A stretch of 64,000 bases of DNA from Candidatus Cryptobacteroides sp. (GCA_045118995.1 JBGVCR010000003.1:48290-112289); one strand, 5' to 3'; numbered from the stretch's first letter, positions 9,102 to 18,739 are shown. Numbers and translations: made by a program. The notes: generated by a model from the sequence alone, not told the origin.

Positions 9102-10189
9102 TGGATATGGCAGAGAAAATTCTGATGAAAGGAAACGAGGCGATTGCCATATCGGCAATACGCAACGGTGCGGACGGATATTTCGGATATCCTATCACTC
9201 CGCAGTCTGAAGTAATGGAAACCCTTATGAAGGAGAGACCTTGGCTTACTACAGGCATGGTCGTTCTTCAGGCAGAAAGTGAGACTTCATCCATCAACAT
9301 GGTATATGGCGGTGCATGCTGCGGAAAGAAGGTGATGACTTCTTCAAGCTCTCCGGGAATCAGCCTCATGTGCGAGGGACTCAGCTACCTTGCAGGAGCA
9401 GAGCTTCCTTGTGTTATCGTAAACTGTCAGCGCGGTGGTCCGGGACTCGGTACAATCCAGCCAAGCCAGAGTGACTACAACCAGTGCGTGAAGGGCGGCG
9501 GACACGGCGATTACAATGCAATTGTCCTTGCACCTGCATCAGCACAGGATATGTACGACTTCGTTGACTGGGGCTTCGACCTTGCATTCAAGTACCGTAC
9601 TCCTGTCATCATCCTTGCAGACGGTATCGTAGGTCAGATGATGGAGAAGGTAGAGCTTCGCCCTGAGAAGCCTCGCATGACCAAGGAAGAACTCCTCAAA
9701 GTTGCACCTTGGGCTACTACAGGAAAGACTGCAGACAGACCATACAATGTCATCACTTCACTCGCCCTCGAGTCTGACGTACAGGAGAGATTCAATCAGA
9801 AACTCGCTGCCAAATACGAGGTAATCAAGGAGAACGAGGTGAAATACGAAGAATATCAGACTGAAGATGCCGAGTACCTCTTCGTTGCATTCGGATGTTC
9901 AGCACGTATCTGTGAGGCAGTGGTGGATCAGCTCCGCGAGGAAGGTATCAAGGCTGGTCTCCTCAGACCGGTTACTCTCTTCCCATTCCCTGCAAAGAGA
10001 ATCCAGGAACTCTCAGCTCAGGTAAAGAGCATGATGAGCATCGAGCTTAACCTTGGCCAGATGGTGGATGACGTGAAGCTCGCAGTTAACGGAGCATGCC
10101 CTGTAGGATTCTACGGAAGACAGGGTGGTATCATCTACACACCTGACGAAATCGCAGAGGCTTTCAAGAAGTTCAACAATCTGAAATAA
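9101..10189 (+). CDS. vorB: 2-oxoacid:ferredoxin oxidoreductase alpha subunit (VorB-like)
   Basis: KGNEA, YPITPQSE, QAESE, TSSSSPG and RGGPGLG motifs; start may be 9107. Confidence 0.88.
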   Translation: MDMAEKILMKGNEAIAISAIRNGADGYFGYPITPQSEVMETLMKERPWLTTGMVVLQAESETSSINMVYGGACCGKKVMTSSSSPGISLMCEGLSYLAGAELPCVIVNCQRGGPGLGTIQPSQSDYNQCVKGGGHGDYNAIVLAPASAQDMYDFVDWGFDLAFKYRTPVIILADGIVGQMMEKVELRPEKPRMTKEELLKVAPWATTGKTADRPYNVITSLALESDVQERFNQKLAAKYEVIKENEVKYEEYQTEDAEYLFVAFGCSARICEAVVDQLREEGIKAGLLRPVTLFPFPAKRIQELSAQVKSMMSIELNLGQMVDDVKLAVNGACPVGFYGRQGGIIYTPDEIAEAFKKFNNLK

Positions 10190-10198
10190 GGAAATACA

Positions 10199-10972
10199 AT
10201 GAATATAGAAGATATCAAGAAACCCGAGAACATCGTCTATAAGAAGACTCCGATTCTCACAGACAATGTAATGCACTACTGCCCGGGATGTTCTCACGGC
10301 ACAGTCCACAAGCTCATAGCCGAGGTCATCGAAGAGATGGGCATCCAGGAGGAGACAATCGCTGTCAGCCCTGTAGGTTGTTCTGTATTTGCATACAATT
10401 ATCTCAACGTTGACTGGCAGCAGGCTGCTCACGGACGTGCTCCTGCTCTTGCCACAGCAACTAAACGTCTCAATCCTGAGAAGTACGTGTTCACATACCA
10501 GGGTGATGGCGACCTCGCATCAATCGGTACTGCAGAAATCATTCATGCATGCAGCCGTGGAGAGAACATCGTGGTGATCTTCATCAACAATGGTATATAC
10601 GGTATGACCGGAGGACAGATGGCCCCTACTACCCTTCTGGGTATGAAGACAGCCACAACTCCTTACGGACGTGACGCCAAGCTTAACGGATTCCCGCTCG
10701 TGCTCGCACCGATGATCGCTCAGCTCGACGGTACTGCATTCATCACCAGACAGTCAGTTCACACTGCACCTGCTGCACGTAAGGCCAAGGCAGCTATCAG
10801 GAAGGCATTCGAATACAGCCAGAAAGGTATCGGTCTCTCATTCGTAGAAATCGTTGCCACATGTAACTCAGGATGGAAGATGAGCCCTACAGCTGCCAAC
10901 AAATGGATGGTGGAGAATATGTTCCCTAAGTATCCTCTCGGAGACATCAAGGATGTATTGAAACAGGAGTAA
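10199..10972 (+). CDS. 2-oxoacid:ferredoxin oxidoreductase beta (TPP-binding) subunit
   Basis: YCPGCSHG, HGRAPA and the GDGD...NN..YGMTGGQ TPP motif. Confidence 0.92.
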   Translation: MNIEDIKKPENIVYKKTPILTDNVMHYCPGCSHGTVHKLIAEVIEEMGIQEETIAVSPVGCSVFAYNYLNVDWQQAAHGRAPALATATKRLNPEKYVFTYQGDGDLASIGTAEIIHACSRGENIVVIFINNGIYGMTGGQMAPTTLLGMKTATTPYGRDAKLNGFPLVLAPMIAQLDGTAFITRQSVHTAPAARKAKAAIRKAFEYSQKGIGLSFVEIVATCNSGWKMSPTAANKWMVENMFPKYPLGDIKDVLKQE

Positions 10973-10997
10973 TTAACTGATAATAAGAATAATAGAT

Positions 10998-11543
10998 ATG
11001 AAAGAAGAAATCATCATCGCTGGATTCGGCGGTCAGGGAGTACTCTCGATGGGAAAGATTCTCGCATATTGTGCCATAATGCAGGATATGGAAGTGACCT
11101 GGATGCCTTCATATGGTCCCGAGATGCGTGGAGGTACAGCCAACGTAAGCGTTATCCTCAGCGACAAGAAGATCAGCTCGCCTATCGTAACAAAATTCGA
11201 CACAGTCATCGCACTTAACCAGCAGTCACTGGACAAGTTCGAGAGCGCTGTAAAGCCAGGCGGACTTCTTATATACGATCCGAACGGAATAACAAACCCA
11301 CCGACCAGAACAGACATAAGCATCTGCAAGATCGATGCAATCAATGTTGCTGCGCAGGTAGGAAACTCAAAGGTCTACAACATGGCTGTCATGGGAGCAT
11401 TCCTCAAGATGAAGCCTATCATCAAGTCAGAGAACATTGACAAGGGACTTGCAAAATGCATCCCTGCAAGATACGCAGACCTTATTTCACTTAACAAAGC
11501 CGCTATCGAAGAAGGTATGAAGGCTGTGGAAGTGATCCGATAA
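10998..11543 (+). CDS. 2-oxoacid:ferredoxin oxidoreductase gamma subunit
   Basis: AGFGGQG and PSYGPEMRGG motifs. Confidence 0.92.
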   Translation: MKEEIIIAGFGGQGVLSMGKILAYCAIMQDMEVTWMPSYGPEMRGGTANVSVILSDKKISSPIVTKFDTVIALNQQSLDKFESAVKPGGLLIYDPNGITNPPTRTDISICKIDAINVAAQVGNSKVYNMAVMGAFLKMKPIIKSENIDKGLAKCIPARYADLISLNKAAIEEGMKAVEVIR

Positions 11544-11558
11544 TCTGCACATCATAAA

Positions 11559-11607
11559 CAAACTGCTTTGATTTCATCAATTTATTTTGAGAAATCAAAG
11601 CAGTTTG
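11559..11607 (+). terminator. Long hairpin after the oxidoreductase operon (probable terminator)
   Basis: CAAACTGCTTTGATTTC / GAAATCAAAGCAGTTTG perfect 17-bp inverted repeat, followed by a TATTTTTG -7 box at 11609-11616. Confidence 0.7.
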
Positions 11608-11640
11608 CTATTTTTGCAGAGTAGGTTGAATTTATATAAA

Positions 11641-11913
11641 ATGCTGGAAACTGTAAAAGAAAGGATCAAGCAGCTTATTGCTGCATACGAGACGGAAAAA
11701 ATGGAGCGCATAAGGCTTCAGTCCGAGCTGGAGCAGACCAGAGTACAGAATGATACCTACAGAAAGCAGATTATAGAGTTAGAGAGACAAATCGATAACC
11801 AGAAGCTGACTGAAGCCTTTATGGCGGGTGGCACAGACACTGCCGCAGCCAAAAAGAAGATTGACAGTCTGATGAAGGAAATTGACAGATGCATAAAACT
11901 GATGGAGGGATGA
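11641..11913 (+). CDS. Small coiled-coil protein (ZapB-like position upstream of zapA)
   Basis: Heptad-rich, ending AKKKIDSLMKEIDRCIKLM as typical for the Bacteroidota gene before zapA; ATG at 11641. Confidence 0.75.
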   Translation: MLETVKERIKQLIAAYETEKMERIRLQSELEQTRVQNDTYRKQIIELERQIDNQKLTEAFMAGGTDTAAAKKKIDSLMKEIDRCIKLMEG

Positions 11914-11914
11914 T

Positions 11915-12211
11915 ATGGCACAGGATATTACGATAAAACTCGCCGGAAAGCCGTATCCGCTCACTGCTGACAATCCTGAACAGGAACAGCTGATAAGAAG
12001 ATCGGCAGATGAAATCAACAGAAGGATTGCCGACTATCAGTCCAAGAATCCGGAAGGATATATAGTTGATTTCATGTCCTTTGCGGCATTGAATTTGTGC
12101 ATGTCATATATAGCTTTGTCAGATAAGTTAAATTCTTTGTACGGCGAAGAAGCCAAGCTTGTCAAAGAGCTTGACGGTTATCTGAAAAATATTGATAAGA
12201 ACAGCCGTTAG
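11915..12211 (+). CDS. zapA: Cell division protein ZapA
   Basis: ITIKLAGKPYPL, EQLIRRSA and AAL pattern; upstream of rny. Confidence 0.85.
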   Translation: MAQDITIKLAGKPYPLTADNPEQEQLIRRSADEINRRIADYQSKNPEGYIVDFMSFAALNLCMSYIALSDKLNSLYGEEAKLVKELDGYLKNIDKNSR

Positions 12212-12387
12212 TTATATTTTTGCTGAAATCAACAGTATTTATGTAACCGGGCGCACTCGGATGGCAATGACGGACCTATGTGACCCTTATGGGGATTCCG
12301 TGTAAACGGGACGGAGGATTTCAGAACCATAAATCCGGAGCCCAAATCTTATTTTGACAAGATTTTCTGTCAAACATACTAACGGCT
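12203..12387 (+). ncRNA. ssrS: Probable 6S RNA
   Basis: About 185 nt. Closing stem AGCCGTTAGT (12203-12212) / ACTAACGGCT (12378-12387) extends imperfectly to about 12230/12361. AU-rich central bubble, then inner stem GGGC..CTCGGAT / ATCCGGAGCCC. Lies directly downstream of zapA and before a terminator. Confidence 0.65.
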
Positions 12388-12401
12388 TTTATTATACAAC
12401 T

Positions 12402-12436
12402 TGACCAATCTGCCTGACAGTAGATTGGTCATTTTT
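12402..12436 (+). terminator. Intrinsic terminator between the candidate 6S RNA and rny
   Basis: TGACCAATCTGC / GTAGATTGGTCA stem followed by TTTTT. Confidence 0.8.
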
Positions 12437-12473
12437 GTGACCTTAAGTGAAACAACTAAAACCAATATATTTT

Positions 12474-14015
12474 ATGGAGATACTATTTTATATTTTGTCT
12501 GCAGTTCTAGGAGCCGTAGTGGCCCTGGGCACATACATATTTGTCCGTAAGATACTTCTTAAGGGACAGAAGGATGAAATTATCCAGAAGGCGGAACTCG
12601 AGGCGGAGAGCATCAAGAAAGAGAAGATATTCCAGGCCAAGGAGAAGTTCCTTCAGCTCAAGAGCGAGCACGAGCAGTACATCAATGAGAAGAACAAGCA
12701 CATCAGTGAGGTGGAAAGCCGCCTGAAGCAGAAGGAAAACTCTCTGAATCAGCAGAATGCAGAACTCGGACGCAAGAACAAGGAAGCAGATGCCATCAGA
12801 CAGAACCTCAAGAACCAGGTGGAGATCGCGACAAAGAAGACTGAGGAGTATGAAAATCTTCGTCAGGAAGCACTCAGACAGATCGAGGAGATTGCCGGAC
12901 TTACAGCAGTAGAGGCCAAGAATCAGCTTATGGAAAACATGAAGGCCGAAGCCAGAACTCAGGCACAGTCGTATATCAACGATGTTATGGACGAGGCTCG
13001 TCTGACTGCAAGCAAGGAAGCTAAGCGAATTGTAATCAACACAATACAGCGTACAGCATCTGAAACAGCAATTGAAAATGCCGTGACTGTATTCCATATC
13101 GAGAGCGATGAGATCAAAGGTAGGATCATCGGACGTGAGGGACGCAACATCCGCGCCCTTGAAGCTGCAACCGGAGTGGAAATCGTTGTGGATGACACAC
13201 CGGAAGCAATCCTTCTCTCAGCATTCGATCCTGTAAGAAGAGAGGTTGCCCGTCTTGCACTTCACCAGCTTGTGATTGACGGACGTATCCATCCGGCACG
13301 TATCGAGGAAGTGGTGGCAAAGGTACAGAAGCAGCTTGAAGACGAGATCATGGAGACAGGTAAGAGGACATGTATCGATCTGGGCATCCACGGAATGCAC
13401 ATCGAACTCGTGAAACTTATCGGACGCATGAAGTACCGTTCATCATATGGACAGAACCTTCTGCAGCATGCACGCGAAGTAGCAAACATCTGTGCTACAA
13501 TGGCTTCTGAGCTTGGACTTAACCCTAAGATCGCCAAGAGAGCAGGTCTTCTCCACGATATCGGTAAGGTTTCAGACGAAGACCCTGAACTTCCACATGC
13601 AATTCTCGGTATGAAGCTTGCCGAGAAATACAAAGAGAAGCCAGAGGTTTGCAACGCCATCGGTTCACACCACGAGGAAGTGGAAATGACAAGCATAATC
13701 TCCCCTCTCGTACTTGTAGGTGACGCCATTTCAGGTGCTCGTCCAGGTGCACGCCGCGAGGTGATCGAGTCTTACATCAAGCGCCTCAAGGACATGGAGA
13801 ACATTGCGAAATCTCACAATGGTGTAACCAAGACATACGCTATCCAGGCCGGACGCGAACTTCGTGTCATCGTAGGAGCAGATCAGGTGACAGATCAGGA
13901 AGCAGAAGCAATGTCAGCAGACATCGCACGCCAGATCCAGGAGGAAATGGTTTATCCGGGCCAGGTGAAGATCACTGTGATCCGTGAGACCAGATCTGTA
14001 GCATTCGCAAAATAA
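12474..14015 (+). CDS. rny: Ribonuclease Y
   Basis: N-terminal TM, coiled coil, KH domain ([16 protein letters not shown]), HD motif (LLHDIGK), C-terminal [14 protein letters not shown]; ATG at 12474. Confidence 0.97.
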   Translation: MEILFYILSAVLGAVVALGTYIFVRKILLKGQKDEIIQKAELEAESIKKEKIFQAKEKFLQLKSEHEQYINEKNKHISEVESRLKQKENSLNQQNAELGRKNKEADAIRQNLKNQVEIATKKTEEYENLRQEALRQIEEIAGLTAVEAKNQLMENMKAEARTQAQSYINDVMDEARLTASKEAKRIVINTIQRTASETAIENAVTVFHIESDEIKGRIIGREGRNIRALEAATGVEIVVDDTPEAILLSAFDPVRREVARLALHQLVIDGRIHPARIEEVVAKVQKQLEDEIMETGKRTCIDLGIHGMHIELVKLIGRMKYRSSYGQNLLQHAREVANICATMASELGLNPKIAKRAGLLHDIGKVSDEDPELPHAILGMKLAEKYKEKPEVCNAIGSHHEEVEMTSIISPLVLVGDAISGARPGARREVIESYIKRLKDMENIAKSHNGVTKTYAIQAGRELRVIVGADQVTDQEAEAMSADIARQIQEEMVYPGQVKITVIRETRSVAFAK

Positions 14016-14035
14016 ACCTTATACAATAAACATCA

Positions 14036-15985
14036 ATGAAAAAATTTATGACAATGCTTGCAGCGATCCTCATGTCTGCTGCAGCTTTTGCCCAAGGCCA
14101 GCTCGTAACATGGTCATCTCACGTGGAGAAAAGCGAGGGTGATGTCTACAAGGTGATCTTTACAGGAAAGGTCGCAGAAGGCTACCACACCTACACTCTT
14201 ACTGATGAGTTCTCTGCTACTGAGATTATGGACGTTGCCGTCGAGGGAGGTGAGCCCGTAGGTGGTCCATATGAAATCAGTACACCAGTAGAAGAAACTG
14301 ACGAATACGGTGATCTGGCAAAGCATTACTACAATGAAATCATCATTGCACAGGATGTGAAAGTAAATGACGGAAACGCCAGATTTACAGGAACAATCTT
14401 CACCAATGCCTGCACAGGTGGTGCATGCAAGGCTGAGTATTACGATTTCGATGTAAAGATCGGCGAGACAGCTGCCACAGTTGCATCCGAGAGCGCAGAA
14501 GAGCCAGTACAGAAGACTGCATTCCCATGGGGTCTGATTCTCCAGGCTATCCTCTGGGGATTCGCAATGCTTCTCACTCCTTGCGTATTCCCTATGGTTC
14601 CTATGACTGTATCATTCTTCCTTAAAGGATCAGAGTCTGTAGCTCAGGGACGTTTCAAGGCTGGAATGTATGGACTTTTCATCGTCCTCCTTTACACACT
14701 TCCTATCGCACTCCTTATCGTGATCACACGAATCATCGGAGGAGAATCAGTTACAGCTGACATCTTCAACTGGATCGCTACACACTGGCTCCCTAACATA
14801 TTGTTCTTCATTATCTTCATGGTGTTTGCAGCATCATTCTTCGGAGCATTCGAGATCACTCTTCCACAGTCTCTCGTGAACAAGAGCGACAAGGGATCGG
14901 ACAAGAAGGGACTTGCCGGCGTATTCTTCATGGCGCTTACACTCGTGCTTGTATCATTCTCTTGTACAGGTCCGATTGTAGGTAACGTGCTCATTCAGGC
15001 AACATCAAGCAATGGCGCATGGTGGATTCCGATCGTGACAATGCTTGCATTCTCAATAGCTTTCGCACTTCCATTCACCCTCCTCGCATTCTTCCCTTCA
15101 CTTCTGAAGGATCTGAAGAAGAGCGGCGGCGGATGGCTCAATACTGTGAAGGTAGTGATGGGATTCATCGAGGTAGCACTCGGATTCAAGTTCCTCAGCA
15201 TGGCTGACCAGACTTACCATTGGGGCCTTCTTGACAGAGAAATCTACCTTGCAATCTGGATTGTGACATTCGCACTTCTTGGATTCTATCTCTTGGGCAA
15301 GCTCAAGTTCGCTCACGATGACGATGTACCACACATTTCAGTAACAAGACTTTCTCTCGCTATCGTAGTATTCTCATTCGTAGTATATATGGTACCAGGA
15401 ATGTGGGGTGCTCCACTCAGCGGTCTTTCAGGTTACCTTCCTCCTATTTCTACTCAGGACTACATCCTTTCACCAGGAGGAACAGCCAATGTTGTAACAG
15501 TAGATGCGCCTGCAAAGAGCGAGGCCAAGAAATATGACTTCCTTCACCTCCCTCACAACCTTGACGGCTACTTTGATCTAGAGCAGGGACTTGAAGCTGC
15601 AAAAGAACTTGGCAAGCCTGTATTCGTGGACGTAACAGGACATGCATGTGTAAACTGCCGTGAAATGGAGCAGAGAGTATGGAGCGATCCTGCTGCACTC
15701 GATATCCTTCGAAACGAGTATGTAATCGTTGCCCTGTATGTTGATGACAAGCACAAACTTGACAAGGAAGACTGGGTGACTGATGCTGAAACCGGAAAAG
15801 TATATAAGGACCTCGGACGAGTGAACTCATATATCGCACGTGAGAAGTTCAATGTAAATGCACAGCCAAACTATGTTCTTCTCTCCCCTGACGGTGAGAT
15901 TCTTGTACCAACCCACAGTTACGACCTTTCAGTCGATAACTTCATCAACTTCCTTAACAGCGGAGTAGAAGCTTATAAGAAATAA
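14036..15985 (+). CDS. dsbD: DsbD-like thiol:disulfide interchange protein (N-domain + CcdA TM domain + thioredoxin)
   Basis: ACTGGAC; TPCVFPM and FSCTGP TM cysteines; C-terminal CVNC. Confidence 0.85.
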   Translation: MKKFMTMLAAILMSAAAFAQGQLVTWSSHVEKSEGDVYKVIFTGKVAEGYHTYTLTDEFSATEIMDVAVEGGEPVGGPYEISTPVEETDEYGDLAKHYYNEIIIAQDVKVNDGNARFTGTIFTNACTGGACKAEYYDFDVKIGETAATVASESAEEPVQKTAFPWGLILQAILWGFAMLLTPCVFPMVPMTVSFFLKGSESVAQGRFKAGMYGLFIVLLYTLPIALLIVITRIIGGESVTADIFNWIATHWLPNILFFIIFMVFAASFFGAFEITLPQSLVNKSDKGSDKKGLAGVFFMALTLVLVSFSCTGPIVGNVLIQATSSNGAWWIPIVTMLAFSIAFALPFTLLAFFPSLLKDLKKSGGGWLNTVKVVMGFIEVALGFKFLSMADQTYHWGLLDREIYLAIWIVTFALLGFYLLGKLKFAHDDDVPHISVTRLSLAIVVFSFVVYMVPGMWGAPLSGLSGYLPPISTQDYILSPGGTANVVTVDAPAKSEAKKYDFLHLPHNLDGYFDLEQGLEAAKELGKPVFVDVTGHACVNCREMEQRVWSDPAALDILRNEYVIVALYVDDKHKLDKEDWVTDAETGKVYKDLGRVNSYIAREKFNVNAQPNYVLLSPDGEILVPTHSYDLSVDNFINFLNSGVEAYKK

Positions 15986-16004
15986 CATAAAGCCTGAATA
16001 TCAG

Positions 16005-16050
16005 ATGTCCCATCATCTTCCGAAGATACTCTTCGCGGATGATGGGACAT
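16005..16050. terminator. Hairpin between convergent dsbD and creD (probable bidirectional terminator)
   Basis: ATGTCCCATCATC / GATGATGGGACAT outer stem with inner CGAAGA/TCTTCG. Confidence 0.7.
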
Positions 16051-16069
16051 TTTCTATTTATGAATCCTC

Positions 16070-17314
16070 TCAGTCTGCATCTGATGGATTTTCCATCAGA
16101 TTGTTCTTTCTTGTGAAATACATTATAAGTGAAAGTATAGCAAAGAGAGCTAATGAACCGACCAGAAGACTTCCAGTCTCAAGATTGAGAAGCACATAGA
16201 TGAAGGCATAAAGTACAGCTACCGCCACCGTGCAGCCCACTGCTGTCTTCGACCGCAGGAAGCCAATGAAATATCCCCCGAGAGCTGTGACCGTCATCCC
16301 TGAGGCGATAAGATAGGCCCAGCCAAATGCGAGATATTCAGACATCGACAGAAGGAGAAGATAGAAGAGACAAAGAGAGAAACCTGTCACAATGTATTGG
16401 ATATAATTGACTTCCTGCCGTGATATAGTCTCCACAAGGAATATAGCTGTAAAGACCAGGAGAATAATCAGGAACGAATACTTTATGGCACGGGTAGTCT
16501 GCTGATATTGGCTGACTGGCACTACAAATTCAACATAGAATTCCGGATAACTGTTTCCATATGTATTGAATTCATTGACAACCCATTGAGCTGTAAAACC
16601 ATCATCATTTACAGTCCTTTCATTAGGAAGAAAAGAGCCGTCAAACCCAGGTGAGGAATAATTGGAAGTCAGATTGACTTTGAAAGTATCAGACTTAGGG
16701 AAGAATCTGAGAGACTCCGCTCCTTTTGTTCTGAAAGAGATGGAATATTCGATGACCTGTCCCTGCACAAGAGTATCCATATCAAGTTTGGTGCGAAGGC
16801 CGTCTTCTGCAAGCGTAAACGTATAATCTCTCCCGTCGACATGGGCTGTGATTTTGTTTTCCAGCCCTTTGAAATCACCTATCGGAAAATACAAATAGAC
16901 CGTCCCGTTATAATATTTAAAATCATTGTCAGAAATGACAAAGGAGCCGTCAATCTTGAAATCAGCCTTGTATATCGGTATTTCATAGATGGAACGGTGC
17001 AGCATCTCCACATCCACATTTCCATTGATTTCCGCAGCTTTTGCATTGATTTTCCTTACCTTGTCAGAATAAACGGCATTACCCTTGAGATCGATTTCAT
17101 TCTGCTTGTAAGGAAACTTCAGTTCAGGTGCATAGATCATCTGTGCACCTCCCACCTGTCTGGTAACTTCATTTTGAGCCTCAGATGAAAGTTCCTGACG
17201 GTCATCGATGAGATTTCTGACAAGTAAAATCGGAATCTGAAGAATCAGAACCGAAAGCAGGATAAAGACTCCCTTCCAGATCATCCTGCGTCCAAATGTG
17301 TTTTCCTTTACCAT
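16070..17314 (-). CDS. creD: Inner-membrane protein CreD
   Basis: HRSIYEIPIY, GSFLP..R, GFTAQW, YQQTTRAIKY, QYI..G, FYLLLLSMSEY motifs and six C-terminal TMs. Confidence 0.92.
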   Translation of the reverse strand: MVKENTFGRRMIWKGVFILLSVLILQIPILLVRNLIDDRQELSSEAQNEVTRQVGGAQMIYAPELKFPYKQNEIDLKGNAVYSDKVRKINAKAAEINGNVDVEMLHRSIYEIPIYKADFKIDGSFVISDNDFKYYNGTVYLYFPIGDFKGLENKITAHVDGRDYTFTLAEDGLRTKLDMDTLVQGQVIEYSISFRTKGAESLRFFPKSDTFKVNLTSNYSSPGFDGSFLPNERTVNDDGFTAQWVVNEFNTYGNSYPEFYVEFVVPVSQYQQTTRAIKYSFLIILLVFTAIFLVETISRQEVNYIQYIVTGFSLCLFYLLLLSMSEYLAFGWAYLIASGMTVTALGGYFIGFLRSKTAVGCTVAVAVLYAFIYVLLNLETGSLLVGSLALFAILSLIMYFTRKNNLMENPSDAD

Positions 17315-17392
17315 ATTTTATAGTGTTTTGATATTAGTTCTGATACAAAAATGACCAGAAAGTTCCTGATTTCCATGTAATTTACAGCCGCT

Positions 17393-17428
17393 TTTACCAA
17401 ATGGGGGCTGGGCTTTACGAAATGGGGG
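17393..17428. promoter_or_regulatory. Direct-repeat pair, candidate LytTR operator
   Basis: TTTACCAAATGGGGG (17393-17407) and TTTACGAAATGGGGG (17414-17428): 14/15 identical, 21-bp period, between divergent creD and the LytTR gene. Confidence 0.7.
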
Positions 17429-17469
17429 AAATGGCTGATGAAATTTTATGAGTAATTGATAATCATTGC

Positions 17470-17477
17470 TAACTTTG
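17470..17477 (+). promoter_or_regulatory. -7 promoter box for the LytTR operon
   Basis: TAACTTTG ends 22 nt before the ATG at 17500. Confidence 0.65.
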
Positions 17478-17499
17478 CATCAATATCGTTTTACAGCTG

Positions 17500-17883
17500 A
17501 TGAAAGAACTTATTTTCTCAAATAGCGGCACTGAGCTTCTGAAAGTACGTCCGGAAGATATTGTATATATCGAAGCGGACGGAAATTATTGCCGCATGCA
17601 TCTGAGAGGAGGGTTCGAGCAGCAGCTGTGGTTCAACAGACAGAGATTCATCTCCATCATCAGCAAACAGCTAAGAGATGAAAAACCTACATTCATCGTT
17701 GTAGGACGAAGCTATATCATCAATCTGGCATATATTTTCAGAATCAATCCAGTGCAGAGCGAACTGACACTGTTCGACTCATCCAAGCCGGAGCAGATCA
17801 GTCTGCACGCTTCCCAGGAAGCTCTGAACAAGCTGAAAAAAGAGATACTTATATTGAATCATGTGGAAGACTATGAAAGATAA
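17500..17883 (+). CDS. Stand-alone LytTR DNA-binding protein (no receiver domain)
   Basis: DIVYIEADGNYC and FIVVGRSYIINL LytTR pattern in only 127 aa. Confidence 0.9.
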   Translation: MKELIFSNSGTELLKVRPEDIVYIEADGNYCRMHLRGGFEQQLWFNRQRFISIISKQLRDEKPTFIVVGRSYIINLAYIFRINPVQSELTLFDSSKPEQISLHASQEALNKLKKEILILNHVEDYER

Positions 17884-18739
17884 AGAATATAAGGATGACG
17901 ATGTGGTCGTGATCGGAGGTTCCGGCTGGAACCCTTCATCAGGGACCAATCCGGGAAAGAATGTCCGTAAGTGGAAGCTCATAGCGATATTGTCTGCTAT
18001 GGGGCTCTTCCTCTTGGGGGGATTCTTTCTGGGGAAACATATATATTACAACAATCAGTTCCGCCGTTCCCGTTCGGACAGCGAGATCATTGCCAATCTG
18101 TCCGCACCTATGTCAGGCCAGGCAGGCGTCTCGCTTCAGCACCAGGAAGCCATGGGAGTGAAGATGAAGATCTACGCTATGAGCGGACTCAAGGCTCATT
18201 TTACAGATACTGTACCGGATTATTCTGATTCATCAATATATTTCATCACAAGAAGTTCGGATTACAGGATCAAGAATGACCAGAAACATATCATCGGAGA
18301 TTATATTGAAGAAGGAGAGATCATTTCAGAGAGCCAATGGAGGGCCGGATTCATGGCTATAATTGACGGAAATGCACAGATCGGAATCAGCCGTAATCCG
18401 AAGATCAGAAAACATGTCATCGAGAACTCCGGATCCATGTTCCGCCAGATGGCCTTGGTATCAGCTGGAACAAGATGTAACGAGCAATTCATCCTGAAAG
18501 GCAAGGTCACAAGATGTGCATACGCAAGAGATATTGAAGGAAATCTGTATTTCGTGGAAACCGTACAGCCGGAAACATTGTATGGATTCGCTGACGCTCT
18601 TATTGAACACGGGTTTGTAGATGCAATATACATTACAGGCGGCAGTCAGCAAGAGTGCTTCTACCGCAGTGAAGACGGAAGCGCACACGGCTGCTACACC
18701 GATGACAAGCCTCACGAACTGGTAGTATGGACTAAATGA
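17873..18739 (+). CDS. Single-pass membrane protein with an extracytoplasmic phosphodiester-glycosidase (NAGPA)-like domain
   Basis: Short N-tail (DDDVVVIGG), basic stretch, one TM, then FRQMALV, RCAYA, FADAL and AIYITGGS resembling the NAGPA-family C-terminus; overlaps the LytTR stop. Confidence 0.55.
   Translation: MKDKEYKDDDVVVIGGSGWNPSSGTNPGKNVRKWKLIAILSAMGLFLLGGFFLGKHIYYNNQFRRSRSDSEIIANLSAPMSGQAGVSLQHQEAMGVKMKIYAMSGLKAHFTDTVPDYSDSSIYFITRSSDYRIKNDQKHIIGDYIEEGEIISESQWRAGFMAIIDGNAQIGISRNPKIRKHVIENSGSMFRQMALVSAGTRCNEQFILKGKVTRCAYARDIEGNLYFVETVQPETLYGFADALIEHGFVDAIYITGGSQQECFYRSEDGSAHGCYTDDKPHELVVWTK

Noticed and set aside
12240-12345. Cobalamin, TPP or SAM riboswitch upstream of rny
   Set aside because: I could not find the conserved cores of these classes; the long-range fold and position fit 6S RNA better.
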